Assembly: GCA_002269645.1 (NCBI GenBank)
Contig: NIVC01001922.1
Span: forward strand, 122,417-186,416
Direction of reading: 5' to 3'
Source: Macrostomum lignano
Lineage: Eukaryota
Length of the DNA: 64,000 bases
Shown here: positions 35,521 through 46,994 of the stretch, in pieces
Layout of the letters: each line of letters begins with the position of its first letter
Position numbering within the stretch: position 1 is the first letter of the stretch
The notes under the pieces: model-generated
Database searches by the model: none
The model's input: the letters and a program-made list of their open reading frames with translations, nothing else
Told to the model about the DNA's origin: nothing
Made by a program: the position numbers and the translations under genes

Positions 35521-37283
35521 TTTAATATAACATCTTAATTGTTAGAAATATAGACATAATGTAGGCCTACAATTTTTATTAGAAAAGATGCTGGTTGTCC
35601 TAAAGTGAATTCTCTATATATAAAATTAAAAATTACAGTTTATGTCAAGTTTTGCTTGTATCTAAAATCCAAAAAAATCTATAATACAAAATCTGCCACT
35701 AGATTGTCTGCTGCTGGATAATCTATTGCCGATTTGACTATTGCGGGATCCTTTTATTGCCAGATTGTCTAGAAGCCCACTTATTTAAGAAGTAAGAGTA
35801 AAACAAAAAAATACAAAAAATTGTTGGCATACCCCAATGCATAAAAAATAGTCTATACCTTGCTATGCAGAATATTAAATAGATGATAGGCCTAGCAATT
35901 GTAACTTGAAAAAGTAGGCCCTAACAAAACTAATTTTATTAGCGCATGACTAAGACCACCATAGGGGGCCTACACCAAGACCACCACAGCTATTACTGGC
36001 TACTGGCCAGTATTGAGGTGGAGCTACCAATCTTCTAGCATTGCTATTCCTCTCATAGGTTCTTTTCTTGCTGCTGGCTCTCCTACCCACTCATCTCCTC
36101 TCTAGCACCATCTAATAACACAAAGTCAAATTTCTCCCTTAGACCCTTGGCCTTAGCTCCCCTAAGTGTGGCAGTCTTGGTGTGTGGCAGTCTTGGTCCT
36201 ACACCATTTTAATATATAGAAAAAATGATATTTTTTATGATATTAAAAAAGTTTTCTGGATTCTGATCCTGCACTTTTTCTTTTTGCAATTTAAATAGAA
36301 AATGAATAATATAGCATCTGCCTTTTGACATTTGTTATAGGCCTACAATGAATTGTTGTCATTCAAAAAATGTAGCTTTAAAGTCAGATAGTTCCATGCA
36401 GTACGACAAGCTTAGCCCCTATGTATGCTACTAATTCATTAGAAACTGAACTGCAAGGCAACAAGGCTATGGCTAACTGAACACCTGAACTGAGAAGTTT
36501 TTTTATGATATGCTGACAGGCAGGACTGACGGATTTTTTTGTGTTGGGTACAATATGAGTACTTGTATTACCAATTTACCATATCATGAAGTTCATAGAA
36601 GCCCTCCCCAGGACAAGGACTGGTGGTAACTGAAGAATAAATGATTACATGTATGGTATCGATGACTTAATCAAGATCAATTCTATTTTGTAACGTATTC
36701 AAAAGTTTCCTTCATAAAAGTGAACTATGACTTACGTTTTACGTATTAGCAGTATCTATATTATTAACTTAAATTTTATCTTGTCTGTAAATAAGTTAAA
36801 TAAAAGACCCTTGTTTGTATAACTGCAAAAATATTTTGATTAAACTTTTGCTTATTCCGGTAAATGGAAAGAGCCACAATATCTTGGTTGTTTCTGTTAA
36901 AGCTTCTGGGCTTTTGGATCGGACTATAATTAGAGTAATATAACACTAATGTCTTAATCTCTTTATGTTTTAATGTCTTCAGTCTATACTATAGCTTACT
37001 AAACTACAATGTACGACGTTCCTAACCGTGCATATAGTATACATGTAGTACCGGGCACTGGCCTGACCAGGACAGTGCCCAAGAACATGTAAAAGTACGC
37101 CTATGCATATATGTATATTTGACAAATACGAAATACATGTGTGAATATGCGCACGCAAATGCACGTACTGTTCACCAAGGACGATTTAAAAGTAGCGTAT
37201 TGTTTAGTCTCCCTTGACTTAATGCAAATGGTCTACAGTTTCTATGCATGAAGAAAGAAAGTACTCAAACTTTTCTTTATTAC

Positions 37284-37493
37284 CAGTGGCGCAACCAGGG
37301 GGCGGCGGGGGGCGGTTTTTTGAGTCTACCCTTAGGCGGAGACTCAAAAAAATCAAAGGGGGGGCCGACTAAGCGAATTTTCGCCAAAAACAGAGCCAAA
37401 AAACAGGTCGAGCCACCCCTCCGCCCCCCCTCCCGGGACTTTACCCTCCAGAATCCGCCCCCCCCCCTCAAAAAATTTCTGGTTGCGCTACTG
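37284..37493. mobile_element. 210-bp MITE with hAT-type CAGTGGCG termini
   Basis: 15-bp TIRs CAGTGGCGCAACCAG / CTGGTTGCGCTACTG (1 mismatch), GC-rich interior with G and C runs. Flanks TTATTAC / ATATTAC are an imperfect duplication. Confidence 0.65.
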
Positions 37494-40400
37494 ATATTAC
37501 AGAAAATGTGGGCAGATCGAGCTAGTACTGTAGCTCAACAGAGTAATTGCCCATTTGATCGACTCTATACATGTACGTCGTAATACCGGCCCCAGCTCGC
37601 GGAGCGAGATTGTTTGTCTTGTGCACGTGTGAAATGTAGCCCATGCATTACCGTAGGGCCAATCCCCAAACAAGACACAAATCAGAGTGCCGTACATGTA
37701 CATGTAAACGACGAAACGTACATGACGTGAGTGTGTAAGTACATATACTTGTACCGTATGTCTGCAATCTGCATGTGTCTGCATATGGTATAGTGTCCGC
37801 AAGCTTGTACATGTATACTGTGTTACACGTACATGTACGTATGTGGCAATTAGGACAGGAGTCAGCGGAATTGACAGAGATTACCTCACATGTACCGCTG
37901 AGGTGGTATGGCCGGACGTCGATGTCACCGAAGTCGTACAACTAATGTATAGCTACATGTATGGCCGGTGGCTCACAATACTCCCTGTGTGGTTATATTA
38001 ATTTTTGTTACTGCGGGCGCGGCTCATATGTCATACGCATGATGCAGTATGTGTCGACCGCATATTTCACTGGACTGCACATGTGCTGTGCATGCAACTG
38101 TTATAGGGATTTCATGCATTTACCTTGAATTGCAGTGTGTAGTGTGTACTACTAAATTACATGTACATTTAAATCAATTTACATTCAGAATTTGCAACAT
38201 TTACATTGAATGTGTAACGAGACGCTAATGCTTAAAAATTTTTTACAACCGGATGATATGATTCAGTATGTAGCCACAGCCAGTCACATGTAGAGGCCGG
38301 AGCAAGCCAAATTTTAGCGGTTAAAAAACAATAGTTTTTTGCTAACACCATCAAACGCCGTGCAATGCAATGCGCCCCTGGTGCTAACGCCCCTGGTGTG
38401 TGTTCATTGTTCATCTTGCAAGTTTCCTGTGGGGCTGTGAGTCTTCTGCCTGCAGTTCCCGGCACAGCACAGCATGGCAGATGCGCGCACTTGCCCAGGA
38501 ACGCAGCTGGCCGATTCTCCTAAATGTCAAATGCACAAAAGATGTTGAGCTGAAAATTGCCTAGTTCCACCAGTGAACGAGCCGAGCCCGGCGCCGCCGA
38601 AGGCGGCGCCGGGCGAGAGCGAGAGAACCCGAGGCCCCGCCAGGGGCCGAGGGCGAGGGAATAATTTCTACCCATGGCGGCCGAAGGCCGACATGGGCTA
38701 GAAAGTATTTACGAGTAAATAAGTTAGACTCTAATGCATTTTGAAATTTCACGTTTTTCCGCCAAAAAATGCTCCTGTTTTGCAACCACTGCACCGATTG
38801 AGTTGAGTGAGGTGTCGATCGATAGAAAACTTTTAGATCTATCGAATGAATGTACTTTTAAATGCAGAGATTTTTTAAAGAAGCCGTAAATTAACTGGAA
38901 AGACGATTTTTTTAAAAGTGCTTCTAGGAGATCTCAAAATTCTGGTACACCTTACGAGATACGGCTTCGACATCTGAGGATCAAAGTTGTAAAACTAAAT
39001 TTCCTACAAAATGGTATATGGCGCTTTGATTTATTTCGCCATCTTTATGCAGTTTTGGTGTGTTTTTTGGGTAAAAAAGTCACCCTCATTTTATTATTTT
39101 GCCACTTTTCCTACAAAGGTTTTTTAGTTTCGGCTTCAAAGCAGTGCAGTTGGATGCGCAATGCAAAAATCTACAAGTGTCTAAAGTTTTGTTTCCCTAC
39201 GATTCTGCAGTGCTGAGAAAATCGACAAAAATCGATTTTTCAAAAAATCACATGACTTTCGCATTATTGCTCATTATAATTTTGAGAACATGGTGCGAAT
39301 AAGCCGATTTCGAATTTCTATAGCATAGTTGCTGTACTATATTGGTTTAAATTGCCGCCGTCTGATTTCGCTGCTTTCGGGTTGAAAAATCGATCAGAAA
39401 TCGATAATTTGTGATTTTTGGCTGATTGGGTGCCAGAAAAATGGGTGATTAAATTTTTAAAAGAATGGTAGATCAAATGCGGATACTGCAACGAGTTGTA
39501 CTAATGTCTGGCTAAAATTGACCAAGTTTTTGAGTGTCTGCACCAAATGCTCATGTGTCAAAAGTGATTGGAAATCGATCAGAGTAGTGATTTTTTAATA
39601 TTTTGCTTGAAATCAGGCAAAAAAACGCAATAGGACGGCATTATTTTTATGACGGCTGATTTCCCACAAAACGAGGCATATTTGTGTGCAATTTCTAGAG
39701 ATTCGGTTCATTGGGTAAAAAATTATCGATAAAAAACTGAAAACTTGACTTTTTACTTTTATGTTGGTTCCGGGGCTATTTAAACTGGAAATTGTAGGAA
39801 TTTTGCACTGAAACCAATGCACAGTGTTCCATATAGTTAATTTAACAAATTTCTTGAATTTCATAACCATTCGATGTTTTTTTCATGTAACAAATGCCTT
39901 TTTTGCATCGAAATTCATCAGATTAAGCTGCATACCGCTTTGCATAATCTGCATTTGCATGCGATTGCTTGCATGGCTTTGGCGTTGGGCTGAGTTAAGC
40001 TGGTTAGAAAGGAAAACGAAAGGAAGGAATAATCGTACATACAATGTACACACCCGTCCCTTCCAAGTGGGGTTGTGGCAACGCGAGAGGGCTTGGCGGC
40101 TTGGTTTGGAGGGCGTGTAATAATAGCTTCATTTGACTCGCGCACAGACCAAGCGAAATTAGATCGATAAACGGGCGTCACGTGATTAGAATTTAGTATT
40201 AAATTTAGCTCTTTAACTGCACATTTGAATTGCAAGCCCAGTACAAAGTTTGGCGGGGGGAAGCTCCAAGCCTCCCCCTGACTAAAAGGTCAAGCGATAC
40301 GGCTTCTGAAGTAGCTATGTACAGTGTTTTGGAAAGACTATTTATAGCTTTCTTTGCAACTCCGTTAATGGAGAAGAGGCTTAGGGTATCTTATTATTCT

Positions 40401-41459
40401 TAAGTGTGTACTATCTGATTGAGAGTACGAGGTTTATGTTCCACAAAACTGGCCTGACTTTCCATTTCCAAGCACTTAAGCTGATGCTAAGAGGATCATG
40501 CGCCGAAACAACCAGCTTAATGAGGTGGTATAACCCTGCTACGCTCTGGATACTTTAGCTTAGAGTCATTAGACAATTTTTTTAGATCGAGGCCTTCGAG
40601 AAGTTCGAGGGCCTATTATAGAAGAATCGATTCCAGCTCATGGCTGCGGGTCAGATCAGATGAGAGAAAATGAAAGAGAATAGAGAGAGAAGAGATAAGA
40701 CTAAGAGGAGATAAGAAATAAGAAAAACGAGAGCTAGAAGCGAGAGGAGAGGAGAGGGGGGAAACAGAACAGACAGGAGAGAAAATGGGAGTAGAGATTT
40801 ACATTTTTCTTGAGCTTCTCAAAGTTCTTTTTCATCGGTACAAAACTAGGTTTATCAAGTAGTATGAAGACCCACGTCTAAAAAGAAGCCCGTTCACTGG
40901 TGGCAAAAAGACGTGTGCGTCTTCATACTACTTGTTAGAAATTTCACATTTTGAGGACTTGCTTTATTCTTTCGTAAAATCTTGGTAAAAAACTGACGCA
41001 GTCAGACGACCGGCGGCCGATGCGCGCACGCGTGCAGGCAGTTCTTGCAATTGCGGATTGCGACTGAGGCTTGAGAGCCTGTCGTGTCATTTTTATAGAG
41101 GCCATCCATCAGACGGGCGAGCCGCACAGAGCTGCAGCTAGCTCTCATGCCTTCATAGTTATTATTAGCCATAATTTTATTCGCAGCAGTTTTTTAACGC
41201 GAACTTCAAAATTGCGAAAGATGAAATAAGCACCGCAGCGGCATTAGCGGCGGCCTCCAAAGAGGCCAAATTCTCACGCGCGAACCCAGAAGCCTCCAGC
41301 TAACCCTAAAGGCCCCAGAAACAATTCTGTATCGCGCGGTAGCTGTGTAAATCAGAACTTGCAGCGCCCAGACGACGGGAAAATCTGTGGAATGGGAAAC
41401 GAGTAGGATTGGCTGGCCGGGGGGAAGTGTGGAGGGGGACGCTGCTGCTGCAACACTGC

Positions 41460-42130
41460 ACAATCCACATTAGGAGGAAATAGCCGCGTAAGTAGTCAGT
41501 GCAGCTTATTTAGTCCTGTTTACTGGGCGAGTGGCAAACCACCAAAAAGCTGAATCTTTTTACCCCGAAAGGCCAGACAGACCGCCCCACCTTTAACAAA
41601 CGGCCCAGCCCCACCACCCAAACTGTAACGACACCCCCAAAGCACCGCCACCTCTGACCCCTCCCCGCGCCGCTCCGCCGTTCCCTGTGATCTTGCCGCC
41701 CCCGGGCCCAGCCGATTGGGCGCTTCGCCAGAGCGATCGAGCGAGGGGAGGCCGGCGGGGACGGCGGGTCCTGCAAGGTGGTTAGCCCAGCCGAGATCAT
41801 AAAAACTCAAAACTTGGACGGGGCGCAGGGCCGGACTCCCCTCTCCGCCAGACCACTGCGCGCGCACCAGTTTAGATTAATATATATATAATACATATTG
41901 TATACAACACGCGTGTATTCGAGTGGAGAGGCGCCTCCTCCCCCCCCCTCCGTCAAGCAGTGCATTTTGCCTTTTTATGACGCCGCCAAACGGAGAGAGA
42001 GAGGCGGAGTTGGAGAGAAGAAAGAGCAGCCGACAAGCAGTTCAAAGTTAAACGCTATTATATTATTCAATTTAACACAGCCCGCAGGCCGCAAGGCATG
42101 GCGGGAGTCAAGTAGGCGGTGAGAGCGAGC
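41460..42130 (+). promoter_or_regulatory. GC/CpG-rich non-coding island, candidate teashirt promoter or enhancer
   Basis: CpG-rich stretch with GC boxes, a reverse CCAAT (GATTGG) and an adjacent TA-rich tract, about 5 kb upstream of the tsh ORF. No convincing ORF. Confidence 0.3.
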
Positions 42131-44264
42131 GCCACTGCCCGTCTGTCTGATTTTTGCTTGACTACTCCCTAGAGGTGTCGCAAACTCAAGAAAATTTCCG
42201 GAATTTCCTGTAACGATTTCGCTCCAGCTCAGCTACATTTTTTGGTGAGTCTGCGCTAATTTTCAATTATTGCTGTGCTTAAATTTAATGTATTATAATC
42301 GCCAAAGCCCAAGCAAAGTCAGGCAGTCAGTCAGAAGCTCCAGCCTAGGCGTGCCTTCGCATGTTTTTAATTTAATTTCACTTTCTACAATGTTGCAACA
42401 TCTAAAGTTACTCGCAATAATAATCAATAACGAGACGAATTTGACCAAAAATGAGTCAATAATAACCTTGTTGGCCAATATCTGGACCTTGTAGACGAGA
42501 ATGCGGCAAATTTTATGGCAAAAATCCGTGACGCTCTCCGCTCTGGCCATACCTTGACTTGATACGAGTAGGTCGAGGGAATAGGACTAGACACCTGGTG
42601 GTGGTATTCTTGTTTGATGCCATTTCCGCGTTGAGCAGTGGGTGAGCACTCGGCTCAACTCGAATCCCAAAAACAAATCCTTTCCTTCCTTATGCAGCCA
42701 AGCCCCGAGCAGTTGCAGCTGAGCAGCCGGCTGAGCTGAGCAGATTCGAACTAGCAGCTACTCAAGAATCCCGCAGTGGATGGCAAAGGGGAAGAGACAG
42801 GCCCGACAGCCCGGCCTGGGGAGGGCATGGAAGTAGAAAGGGACTTCGATCAGGATCGCTGACATGTCGGCTTGATTGATGACTGCTCATTGAGTGGGGG
42901 GGAGCATGGCTGAGCAGGGCGGCTGTTCTCTGATGGGAAATAATGTGATTAGGCTCCACCCACCCCTGAGCCCCTTCTGCCCCTGCCCCCCGCGTTAAAC
43001 AATTCTGAAATTTGATGAATGAAGATGACAGCGGGCCCTGGGTCTTGAGCATAAGGGAGCCTGACAAGTGACGGAATGCCGAGGGCCTGCGCCCCGTCCC
43101 CCCTGTCACCACGCATTTATCATGACTTCCACCCCAAGGGCTCTCCAGTGCGCGGCTTGAGGGGCCGAGCGAGAACTGCTTCGGCCCGAGATGTCGGGGC
43201 TGCTGGGGGCAGGCCGAGGTTCCCCAATTACTGCCGCCCCCGAACACCCGCGGGCTGCCAGGCCGGCTGCGGCAGCGCCTGGCTTTTTATCCTGCTCTGC
43301 CGCTCGCGCAGACTCCAGCAGGGCTTGTTGGCCGCCCTTCTCCCTTCCTTTCCTTATTCACCCTGGCTTGCATGCCGCCCTGCCTGTCCATCTGTCTCTC
43401 CATCCTGTCTAGCTCGGGCTATGGCCTCTTGTAATAGGTTTCATAGCTTTGAGCTTGCCGGCGAATCCAGGGAAGATTAGCTGGAGGACTATTACTTATT
43501 ATATTGGACTGTATTCAATATTGAGCTGGAAATAAAATAGGTATCAGCTCTGTCTAGACTCACACACTGACGCAGTGACCGAACAAACAAATTTTCGAGT
43601 CATGGAAACTAGCCATTGAGACTGGTCATCTTAGACAATGAGATAACAATGAGAGAGAGGGAGAGGAGAGATAGGGAGATGACACGAGAGATGGGAGAGG
43701 AGAGACAGGGAGACGAGAGACAGGGAGACGAGATTGGGAGAGGAGAGATGGGATAGGCTAGATGGGAGATGGCCAGATGGGAGTCAGGTGAGGGGATATC
43801 GGGTTGTTGGTAGCTGAAGGATTCAGACAGAGAGTCGGATTGACAGCCAGAATCCGCAGAAGCAAGGCTGGGCAGGAGTCTTTCTAGCTCAGTTCGGCGA
43901 CACATGCTGAGAAAATGATCAGGGCAGGCAGGCAGTACACACAGCGGGGGCCTCAGTTAAGTTCATTGAGGGTGAGTAGCCAGAGAGTGCAAGGAAAACT
44001 GGGAAAGATGGGCTGGCAGGCTGGCCCGGCCTGGGCAGAAACTCTACTAGCCTGATGCACCCGGATGATTGACAGTTCACTGATGAGCCGCGCCGGCCAG
44101 CATTCATTCAGGGGGATTTCTTCTGCGGATCACAGTGCTCATGCTTGCATTCCAGCCTCTCCTTCATCTCCCGAACTCGTGTCCTGCTAAAGAAAATTTG
44201 CTTGTTTCTGCTTACCCGTGTTGAATCTTATATTGTTATTGAATCACTGCGGGGATAGCAGCTG

Positions 44265-44487
44265 AGGGACTGGGGCAGCAGCTGAGGGACTGGCTGGGGC
44301 AGTAGCTGGGAGTCAGCTCAGGCAGTAGCTGAGGCATTGGTGCAATAGCTGGGGTGTCAGAGCTCAGGCAGTAGCTGAGTGCTGAGGCATTGGTGCAATA
44401 TCTGGGGTGTCACTGTCAGAGCTCCGGTAGTAGCTGAGTGCTGAGGCATTGGTGCAATAGCTGGGGTGTCAGAGCTCAGGCAGTAGC
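44265..44487 (+). repeat. About 55-bp degenerate tandem repeat
   Basis: About 3 copies of GAGGCATTGGTGCAATAGCTGGGGTGTCAGAGCTCAGGCAGTAGCTGAG. Confidence 0.8.
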
Positions 44488-45182
44488 AAGAGCAACAAGA
44501 AAGACGTCATGTATTTGCACATGAGTAGCATATTTTTTGCATATACTAAGAATTTAATCATCAGTTATGGGGCTTTCCGATTTCACCACTTCACGACCCA
44601 AGTCAGCTAGCAGTCTCAGCAGTCCGCAGCGTTGAACTTTCACTTTCTGGGATCTGCAATTTGCTCTGGGAGTAAAAAACCCAAAAGGTGAAGCAGGGGC
44701 CGGAGCTGCGCGATTGCGGGCCCAACCGGCGAAGAGTGACAGCTCAGACCTCGGAGGAGTTGACGGACAGCTGCTTATAATTTGGTTGTCCACTTGAGCA
44801 ATTGTACTCACACACTGCCCCACCAACACGCGCGGCCCCTCCCCGCCCCGTAACCTCATTTGCGAAAGCCCGGGAGCAACCTGCTCAGCGGAGGCCAGGG
44901 AGGGCTGGCGGCGAGCGGCCCTCCACACAATATTCGTGTTGCGGCCGCGTCCGTGTTACTCAAGAGACCTCATCAAGACCGTCAGTTATGCCCCCCGGAG
45001 CGCCAGAAACTGCGGAGCCACTCCGCAACTGTCTCTCACTGCGTGTCTGTCCGTTTTTTCACTTCCAAGTCTCGTGTTTTTCAAGCCCTCCACCCCGGCC
45101 GTGGCGAATGCGACTCGGGTGATCAGTCAGCTCTGGTCTGTTGCACTTGAGCTCACTGTCTTGATCTCTAGGGATTTTGAAA

Positions 45183-46030
45183 TGGGGATCTCAATGGGAC
45201 TTTCCAGGTGATTGGGGATCTTAACGGGACTTTCTGGGTGATTGGGGATCTTAACGGGATTTTATAGGTGATTGGGGATCTTAACGGGACTTTCCAGATG
45301 ATGATTTGAGATCTTAACGGGACTTTCCGGGTGATTGGGGATCTCCTAATGGGACTTTCCAGGTGATTAGGGGATCTTAATGGGATTTTATAGGTGATTG
45401 GGGATCTTAACAGGACTTTCCAGATGATTATTGGGGATCTTAACGGGATTTTATAGGTGATTGGGGATCTTAACGGGACTTTCCAGATGATGATTTGGGA
45501 TCTTAACGGGACTTTCCGGGTGATTGGGGATCTCCTAATGGGACTTTCCAGGTGATTAGGGGATCTTAATGGGATTTTATAGGTGATTGGGGATCTTAAC
45601 AGGACTTTCCAGATGATTATTGGGGATCTTAACGGGATTTTATAGGTGATTGGGGATCTTAACGGGACTTTCCAGATGATGATTTGGGATCTTAACGGGA
45701 CTTTCCGGGTGATTGGGGATCTCCTAATGGGACTTTCCAGGTGATTAGGGGATCTTAATGGGATTTTATAGGTGATTGGGGATCTTAACAGGACTTTCCA
45801 GATGATTATTGGGGATCTTAACGGGATTTTATAGGTGATTGGGGATCTTAACGGGACTTTCCAGATGATGATTTGGGATCTTAACGGGACTTTCCGGGTG
45901 ATTGGGGATCTCCTAATGGGACTTTCCAGGTGATTAGGGGATCTTAATGGGATTTTTTAGGTGGGTGGGTAGGGATCCTAATGGGACTTTCCAGGTGATT
46001 AGGGATCTTAATAATGGGGGATGGGGATCT
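45183..46030 (+). repeat. About 30-bp minisatellite with a 189-bp six-monomer higher-order repeat
   Basis: CAGATGATTA recurs at 45421, 45610 and 45799; monomer GTGATTGGGGATCTTAACGGGACTTTCCAG. Confidence 0.93.
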
Positions 46031-46994
46031 TAATGTGGAATTTCAGGTGGATAACTGGGACCACATGGATCATAACAATGGGGATCAAGGAGTTCTGATT
46101 CACTAAGTGTACATACACATTTTTCGAACAATTCCGTGCAAATCAGTCAGCCTAGTCTTTGCTGGACAGTAAAGCCCTCATCGCATTATCCGAAAAACGT
46201 ATCCTCACATAACTTATCTGTCTGAGTTGTGAGCGGCCTTTCTAGACTATTAAAGCACTAAGCGCTGACAGTTTTAAGGGCCCCAGCCCGGCTTTAATAA
46301 TAAAATTGTTTATGGTCCAAACCGAGGCGCTTCGTGCAGCTCTGACTCTCTCGGCCCGAAGGCTGTAAAAGTAAGGCTGCTGGAGGCTTCAAATTCGAAC
46401 TGGCTGGGCTGCGGCAACAACACAGGAAAAGCTTGACAGAAGCGCCCGGGGCCCCCGCCCGCCTGCAGCTTTGATTTACAACCGCAGAGCCAGAAGGCCC
46501 GCCAGCCACACGGGCAGGCGGGCAGGCAGTCTAGTACAGCCAGACCCGACCTCGACAACAACAGGGCCAAGCCGCAAAAATGCCCCTCTCTATCTGCGTA
46601 GGTGCGCGGCTCTCATAGCTCGAATGAGTCAAATGAAATGAATAGAGCTAAACTGAGAACAGCTCATTCGTGAGTGATAAGGCATCCAAACATGCAGCTG
46701 GTCTGAGCTCGAGTTCCTCTCACCTCTCACATCTTACCCGAATGATCAACACTGTAATATAGACTTCCATTAGAGCGTTATACCTCAATTATCTACCCAA
46801 TGAAAGACTTGCCATTCTTTGCCTAATCTCCCATCTCCCACCTGATCTTCCATCTCCCACCTGATCTCTAATCTCTCACCTGATCTCCAATCTCCCCAGT
46901 GCATAAACTGTTAATCCCTCATCCAAAGCAGACCAGTCCTGAGATTCATCTATGAGTTCATCTATCCATATTTTCAATCGGAAATTTCAGTCGG

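Noticed and set aside
38787-39826. CAC(T/A)GTG-like ends suggesting a Transib element
   Set aside because: Ends diverge after 5 bp and there is no 5-bp TSD.
38567-40903. 15/16 inverted match CCACCAGTGAACG[A/G]GC as TIRs of a 2.3-kb element
   Set aside because: No TSD, and a rough expectation gives about one such match by chance at this distance in a 64-kb window.
41200-45210. Assorted 60-160-aa ORFs upstream of tsh
   Set aside because: No recognisable motifs or consistent exon chain; GC-rich non-coding sequence yields such ORFs.
37350-46475. TCF/LEF motifs (WWCAAAG) upstream of tsh
   Set aside because: About six hits in 9 kb, several inside transposon-like DNA; not clearly above chance.
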